The position numbers and the translations under genes were made by a program. A stretch of 12,066 nt of DNA from Promethearchaeati archaeon (lineage in GTDB: Archaea > Asgardarchaeota > Heimdallarchaeia > JABLTI01), in NCBI GenBank assembly GCA_013166835.1, contig JABLTI010000080.1, positions 1 through 12,066 of the forward strand, given 5' to 3'. This document shows positions 6,825-12,066 of this stretch, one piece after another. The notes beneath the pieces were generated by a model. The model saw only the letters and a list, made by a program, of their open reading frames with translations. It ran no database searches and was not told where the DNA came from. Within the stretch, counting starts at the first letter, position 1. Every line of letters begins with the position of its first letter.

Positions 6825-8669
6825 TTGGGTGTTATTACTAGAACATTTGATTACATGAATACTAAAACTTGGTGGATACTATTTTGGGGGATAGTAACCT
6901 CTATCCTACAAGCAGTTTTTGCTCTAGCAGCACCAAAAGTTGTGGAGAACATTGTAAACCGAGTATTCTATGGTGAAGATTTTAACATTATGATTTCTCT
7001 ATTAGCTATTTATATTGCGGTTTATTTTTGTATGTCTACTTGTAGATTTCTACAACAATACTTGAATACTTACATTTCCCAGACAATCATTTATGGACTT
7101 CGAAGCGAGTTGTATCGTACCATCCAGAAACAATCAATTGATTTTTTTGATCGAGTAGAGACTGGCCAACTAATCTCTAGAGGTACAAGTGATATCCGTG
7201 CAGTTAATGGTTTAATGAGAGAAAGTCTTCGCTTATTTATTCGAGCTATTGTTTCTTATATTGGGATTTTTGTTTTGATTGGTATAGTCGATTGGACTTT
7301 AATGCTTGTTGTGCTTTTGATAGCTTTAATTTTATTTGCAGTTATGTTTTATTACCTTAAACGTGTAAATCCCTTATTTCGCGTTATTCGCGAGAAATAT
7401 GGTGATCTGAACTCAGTCCTCTCTGAGAATATATATGGAGCACCTGTGGTTCGTGCATTTAATGCAGAAAAAATAGAAATGGACAAATTCCATAAAAATA
7501 ATCTTGATTACTATATTCTCAATAAAGAATTAACCAGATTGCAAGCCATTTTTACTGCTCTTTTTCCATTTCTTCTTGGTATTGGTTCATTTTTTCTTTT
7601 ATTTTTAGGAGGAAGAATGGTTATTAATGGTGAGATATTAGTGGGAACCTTAATTGCAGTTAATATTTATCTTCTTTTTTTAGGTGTTCCTACAAGGTTC
7701 TTATCTTTGGCAATCTTACAGTATCAAGAAGGTTTTGCTTCCTTAAAGCGACTATATGAAATCTATGATATGGAAAAGTGCATTGTTGAAAAGCAAGAAG
7801 CAATTGATTTACCAGCTGTTAAAGGAGAGATTGTTTTTGATAATGTAAAATTTGCTTATGTTGAAGGTGAACAACTTGTTCTTGATAATGTGTCCTTGCA
7901 AATTAATCCTGGTGAAACAATCGCTTTCTTAGGCACTACAGGTTCAGGGAAAAGCACTCTTGTAAGTTTAGTTCCACGGTTTTATGATCCACAAGAAGGA
8001 GCTGTTTTAATTGATGGATTCAATATCCAGGATGTTACCTTATCTTCACTTAGAAAACAGATTGCTGTAGTTCAGCAAGAAGCTTTTCTTTTCGCGAAAA
8101 GTATACGTGAAAATATTGCTTTTGGAAAACCAGATAGTACTAATGAAGAAATTATTCGTGTTGCAAAAATAGCTCAAGCTCATGAATTTATTATGAATTT
8201 ACCAGATGATTATGAAACAATACTTGCTGAGCGAGGAACAAACCTTTCAGGAGGACAAAGACAACGTTTAACTATTGCCCGTGCTCTTCTGCTTAACAAT
8301 CCTATATTAATTATGGATGATTCATCAAGTGCACTTGATTTTGAAACAGAGCATCAATTCCAAAAAGCTGTTTGTGAACTTATTAAAAATAAAACTACTC
8401 TTATCGTTACTCAAAGACTTTCGACGATTAAATTTGCTACAAAAATTGTTGTTATGGACAAAGGTAAGACTGTTGAGTTAGGAGCTCATGACGAGCTGAT
8501 AGCTAAAAGCGGATTATACAAACGTCTTTATGAGACTCAACTTGTTAATCATAACCAAATTTCTGTTGGCAATGAGGTAGAAGAAAAAGTAGCTGTATTA
8601 CCAATAGAATCAACTCTTATAGAAAAGCAAGCAAGGAAAAAAACGGAAAAAAAGAGGAATGAAGGATAA
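6825..8669 (+). CDS. ABC exporter half-transporter (TMD+NBD), TM287-like subunit with degenerate catalytic residues
   Basis: N-terminal hydrophobic helices, Walker A GTTGSGKS and signature LSGGQ. Walker B reads ILIMDD (Asp in place of the catalytic Glu) and the switch reads VTQR (Gln in place of His). Confidence 0.93.
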   Translation: MGVITRTFDYMNTKTWWILFWGIVTSILQAVFALAAPKVVENIVNRVFYGEDFNIMISLLAIYIAVYFCMSTCRFLQQYLNTYISQTIIYGLRSELYRTIQKQSIDFFDRVETGQLISRGTSDIRAVNGLMRESLRLFIRAIVSYIGIFVLIGIVDWTLMLVVLLIALILFAVMFYYLKRVNPLFRVIREKYGDLNSVLSENIYGAPVVRAFNAEKIEMDKFHKNNLDYYILNKELTRLQAIFTALFPFLLGIGSFFLLFLGGRMVINGEILVGTLIAVNIYLLFLGVPTRFLSLAILQYQEGFASLKRLYEIYDMEKCIVEKQEAIDLPAVKGEIVFDNVKFAYVEGEQLVLDNVSLQINPGETIAFLGTTGSGKSTLVSLVPRFYDPQEGAVLIDGFNIQDVTLSSLRKQIAVVQQEAFLFAKSIRENIAFGKPDSTNEEIIRVAKIAQAHEFIMNLPDDYETILAERGTNLSGGQRQRLTIARALLLNNPILIMDDSSSALDFETEHQFQKAVCELIKNKTTLIVTQRLSTIKFATKIVVMDKGKTVELGAHDELIAKSGLYKRLYETQLVNHNQISVGNEVEEKVAVLPIESTLIEKQARKKTEKKRNEG

Positions 8670-8690
8670 GCTTTCTTTGAGGTGAAAACT

Positions 8691-10532
8691 TTGGCTTTAA
8701 CAGGTTTACCAAATAGTTTCTTTGATGCAGTTGCTGAGGAGAAGGATAAAAAGGAAAAAGTTTCAGATCTCAAATTAATCCGATGGTCCTTTAGTTATCT
8801 AAAGGAACATAAATTGCTTGTCTTTGTTACTATTTTATTTATAATTACAAGCTCTGTAGTTGCTCTTGCTTCACCACAATTAATACGCTATATTATAGAT
8901 GATGCTTTTGGTGTTAATCCTACTTCTGTAGGTGATTCAACTCTTTTACTTTACTTAACCTTAGGATTGCTTAGTGTAACTATATTAACAGCAGTTATCC
9001 AAATTTTCAAAACAATCGGTTTAAATAATCTTGGATTAAGAGCAATTAGGGATATTCGTGATGATGCTTTTGGGAAACTGCAAAGTTTTTCCCTTGATTT
9101 CTTTGATAATAATGAAGCCGGTCGTATTATCTCTAAAGTAACAAATGATTGTGATCGCATTAATGAATTAATCAGTGGAGGATTTGTTGCAGCATTTACT
9201 GATTTCCTAACATTAGTTGGAATTGTTATCATGATGTTGTTTATGAATTGGCAGCTAGCCTTAATATCTTTGGGATTAGCAATTCCACTTGTTTTGATCT
9301 TTATTTTTGTTATTCGATCTAGAGCACGAAAAATCTACCGAAAAACTCGCCAAACTATTGCTATTCTTACTGCTAATCTTACAGAAAGCATTTCTGGTGT
9401 TCGAATTTCCAAATCTTTCAGTCGGGAAGGGAAAAATATTGAAGAATTTACCAATTTGTTAGACCAAGATAAAGCTGCTAATCTAAAAGCCGAACTTATC
9501 TTCGCATTGATGTTTCCAATAATCAATTTTATTAGTAGTGTGGTTATGGCTTTCATTTACTTCTTCTCTGGTTGGATTATAAATAATCCTTCATCAGCGA
9601 TTTTCTCTGGTTTACTAATAGGTACTGCGATTGCATTCACTCAATATATTGCAAACTTTTTCCAACCTTTTCTAAATCTAACTTTATTTTATAACACTTT
9701 TCAATCGACTATGGCTGCTACTGAGAGAATCTATGATCTAATGCATATAAAACCCCAAGTTATAGAGAAAGAGGATGCGTATGTTTTACGAGAAATTTTA
9801 GGTTTAGTTAGATTTGAGAAGGTTACTTTTGGTTATAATGATGAAGAATTAATTCTAGATGACTTTAATCTTGATGTAAAACCTGGAGAAAGAATTGCTA
9901 TTGTGGGACCTACAGGTGCCGGAAAAACAACTATAATTAATCTTCTCTCAAGATTTTATGAAATTCAGGAAGGAGCGATTTATATTGATGATCATAACAT
10001 ACAAGATATAACTCTTCATTCACTCCATTCTCAGATGGGTATTGTTTTGCAAGATCCCTATCTGTTTTCAGGGTCAATTAGAAAGAACATTTGTTATGGA
10101 AAAGAAAGTGTATCTGAAGATGAATTAATAGCTGTAGCAAAAACAGTGAATGCTTATGATTTTATACAAGAACTTCCTCAAGGGTTTGAAACTCAGGTAG
10201 GAGAACGAGGTTCTCGTCTTTCGTTTGGTCAAAGACAACTCATTTCCTTTGCACGAGCTTTGTTGGATAATCCTAAGATTCTCATTTTGGATGAAGCAAC
10301 AAGCTCTGTTGACCCCCATACAGAGCTTTTGATCAAGAGTACACTAGATAATTTATTGGTAGATAAGACCTCGATTATTATTGCTCACCGATTATCCACT
10401 GTTCAAAATGCTGATAGAATTATTGTTCTGAAAGATGGAAGAATCGTTGAAGAAGGCACTAATAATGAACTTCTGCAAAAGAAAGGAGAGTATTTTCATT
10501 TATATCAATTGCAATTTAAGGAACAAGAATAG
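8691..10532 (+). CDS. ABC exporter half-transporter (TMD+NBD), TM288-like subunit
   Basis: Walker A GPTGAGKT, Walker B LILDE, H-switch IAHR and a deviant signature LSFGQ. GAGGTGA at 8679-8685 is probably the RBS, so TTG 8691 is a better start than GTG 8682. Confidence 0.93.
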   Translation: MALTGLPNSFFDAVAEEKDKKEKVSDLKLIRWSFSYLKEHKLLVFVTILFIITSSVVALASPQLIRYIIDDAFGVNPTSVGDSTLLLYLTLGLLSVTILTAVIQIFKTIGLNNLGLRAIRDIRDDAFGKLQSFSLDFFDNNEAGRIISKVTNDCDRINELISGGFVAAFTDFLTLVGIVIMMLFMNWQLALISLGLAIPLVLIFIFVIRSRARKIYRKTRQTIAILTANLTESISGVRISKSFSREGKNIEEFTNLLDQDKAANLKAELIFALMFPIINFISSVVMAFIYFFSGWIINNPSSAIFSGLLIGTAIAFTQYIANFFQPFLNLTLFYNTFQSTMAATERIYDLMHIKPQVIEKEDAYVLREILGLVRFEKVTFGYNDEELILDDFNLDVKPGERIAIVGPTGAGKTTIINLLSRFYEIQEGAIYIDDHNIQDITLHSLHSQMGIVLQDPYLFSGSIRKNICYGKESVSEDELIAVAKTVNAYDFIQELPQGFETQVGERGSRLSFGQRQLISFARALLDNPKILILDEATSSVDPHTELLIKSTLDNLLVDKTSIIIAHRLSTVQNADRIIVLKDGRIVEEGTNNELLQKKGEYFHLYQLQFKEQE

Positions 10533-10559
10533 TTTTTTAGTTGTTTTTTGTGAGTAAGA

Positions 10560-10895
10560 CTAGATTTGCTTTATAATCGAAGAATTAAAACTCTTTATCA
10601 ACTGTAATAAAAGGAATACTTGGAAAGGGCTGCTTAGGAAAAATAAAAGAGAATAACCATCTTTATCAACATATAAATTACCATGTGAACCCACAAGAAT
10701 TTCGAGAGTTCCATCATCGACAAGATCTGCTACCGAAGCTGTAGAAATTATAATATCACTTGTAAAGTTCCGCTTACTATATACTCCTATTGTTTGAAGT
10801 TGTATTAATGTATCATTTAATGGTTCTTCTTTTTTCGCTTCAATATTGATTGGTTTAATAAAAATAATTATCAATAATAAAAAAATAATCATCAA
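10560..10895 (-). pseudogene. Probable remnant of a secreted FG-GAP/beta-propeller-like protein
   Basis: A signal-peptide-like N-terminus, one degenerate FG-GAP-like motif (STASVADLVDDGTLEILVGSHGNLYV), then a low-information Phe/Leu/Ser tail and a stop. Confidence 0.5.
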
Positions 10896-10986
10896 ATTCA
10901 GCCTTGCTTTTTTCGACTTAACCCACCCCGAAAGTTATATAAAATAAGCTCTAAAAATTCTTCTACTTTTCGATTAAAAGAATCAC

Positions 10987-11047
10987 TACTTACCACTTCA
11001 GCGTGTCCTTCCCGAAACGGACTGCTAGACCTTAAAGAAGAAGTGTG
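10987..11047 (+). repeat. Intergenic structured repeat, copy 6
   Basis: TACTTACCACTTCAGCGTGTCCTTCCCGAAACGGACTGCTAGACCTTAAAGAAGAAGTGTG. Confidence 0.92.
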
Positions 11048-11183
11048 TGCTGTTGAATTAAATAATTGTTATAATTATATACGCAGAATGTTCCTGTTAA
11101 AAAAATCATCTAGATTAAAAAATCAAAGAATGCTGGAATTTTATTTATCCAACATCTTTCAAACAATTCCTATTACATTACAA

Positions 11184-11630
11184 TTATTTCTTTATTGACA
11201 TAGTAATGCTCTCTTCTTCTGTCTTCACAGAATATTGCAGCTTTTGTTTTTCTATAATTGGTTGCCAAACATTGTAAATGCGTTCAAAATCATCCCGAGT
11301 AATTTGAGCAGCTTTTAGCAATTCTATATTAGGATAGTCCTTTATTACAATAGTTCCTTCATCTTTTTTGATATCCACCGATTCGACTTTTGCACCAAAA
11401 TTGGTCATGATTCTTTCCACATTTTTTACCACTTGCTCTAATGTCATATCTTCTTCCCAAGTTTTGGCTCCAAGTTCTCCATATAAAAGACCAAATTCTT
11501 CTATAGGTTGATTAATTTTTTTCAAATGTGCAACCGCAGCTATTGTCGCCATGTTTAAATTCGTTTGCAAACTAGCAATAATTTCTTTTAGTACAGAAAT
11601 TTCTTCTTCTTTTTTTTCTGTCATTTTCAT
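11184..11630 (-). CDS. Hypothetical protein (about 146-148 aa)
   Basis: Protein-like composition with an amphipathic alpha/beta pattern. The start is more plausibly ATG 11630 or 11624 (MKMTEKKEEE) than 11684. Family not recognised. Confidence 0.75.
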   Translation of the reverse strand: MKMTEKKEEEISVLKEIIASLQTNLNMATIAAVAHLKKINQPIEEFGLLYGELGAKTWEEDMTLEQVVKNVERIMTNFGAKVESVDIKKDEGTIVIKDYPNIELLKAAQITRDDFERIYNVWQPIIEKQKLQYSVKTEEESITMSIKK

Positions 11631-12028
11631 TTCACATACATTCGTTAGTGTTTTAAAATCTTGAAATCGATTACTTTCAAGCATTGTATCTAAGAAATTT
11701 TATTTAAAATTTTGAAGGTAGAGCTATTTGATTAGTCAGAGTCTAATAATAGAATATAACGAAAACTACCCTCATGTTAAGCTAATGTTAACTGCTTAAT
11801 ATTTCTTCTGGGTTTAATCATTGTTTTTTATGTAATTTAAGAGATTAAATGAAAAGGTAGTTCTAAAAAAAATATTTTCTAGTTACATTTAGCTTTAGAA
11901 TTTTGATAAAAACTATTAAATAAATTATTTTTTGTCGCTAACTTTGGAAGTCTAATCTAGTTATTTAACGCTTATTTCAAGGTTTTCTTTGATGTTTAAA
12001 TCTACCATAAAGCATTCAATTATGATGA

Positions 12029-12066
12029 AGTGTGTCATTACCGAAACGGACTTCTAGACCTTAAAG
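12029..12066 (+). repeat. Intergenic structured repeat, copy 7 (5'-truncated, runs off the window end)
   Basis: AGTGTGTCATTACCGAAACGGACTTCTAGACCTTAAAG matches the core of copies 5 and 6 with few substitutions. Confidence 0.85.

Noticed and set aside
8549-10319. Minus-strand ORFs 8549-8773, 8951-9232, 9335-9556 and 10125-10319
   Set aside because: Antisense shadows of the ABC transporter genes.
11700-12028. Possible small gene in the AT-rich gap (minus-strand MVDLNIKENLEISVK)
   Set aside because: Only 15 codons with no supporting signal, as expected by chance.
375-12066. CRISPR array interpretation of the repeat
   Set aside because: Copies are 0.8-4.9 kb apart, variable in length and separated by whole genes. 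There are no 30-40 nt spacers and no cas genes.

Overview
AT-rich prokaryotic window, probably archaeal (TTTATA-type boxes about 35-45 nt upstream of starts, GGTGA/AGTGAT-type ribosome-binding sites, several TTG starts; this is inference only). Genes, left to right: the start of a possible secreted protein running off the left edge; a ThDP-dependent acetolactate-synthase-like enzyme and an SSADH-like aldehyde dehydrogenase; a DUF3788-like protein; two convergent DUF433/DUF5615 (PIN-like) toxin-antitoxin-type pairs; a TIGR04076-like small Cys protein; a heterodimeric ABC exporter pair; a probable remnant of a secreted FG-GAP-like protein; and a hypothetical protein. The most striking feature is an intergenic repeat of up to about 115 bp with nested dyad symmetry (core TAGCGTGTCCTTCCCGAAMCGGACTKCTAG). 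It occurs 7 times, always in the same orientation, and divides the window into self-contained gene modules. Three consecutive modules are about 800 bp and carry accessory or TA genes. This resembles a gene-cassette array, but the repeat lacks integron attC core sites and no recombinase is visible in the window.
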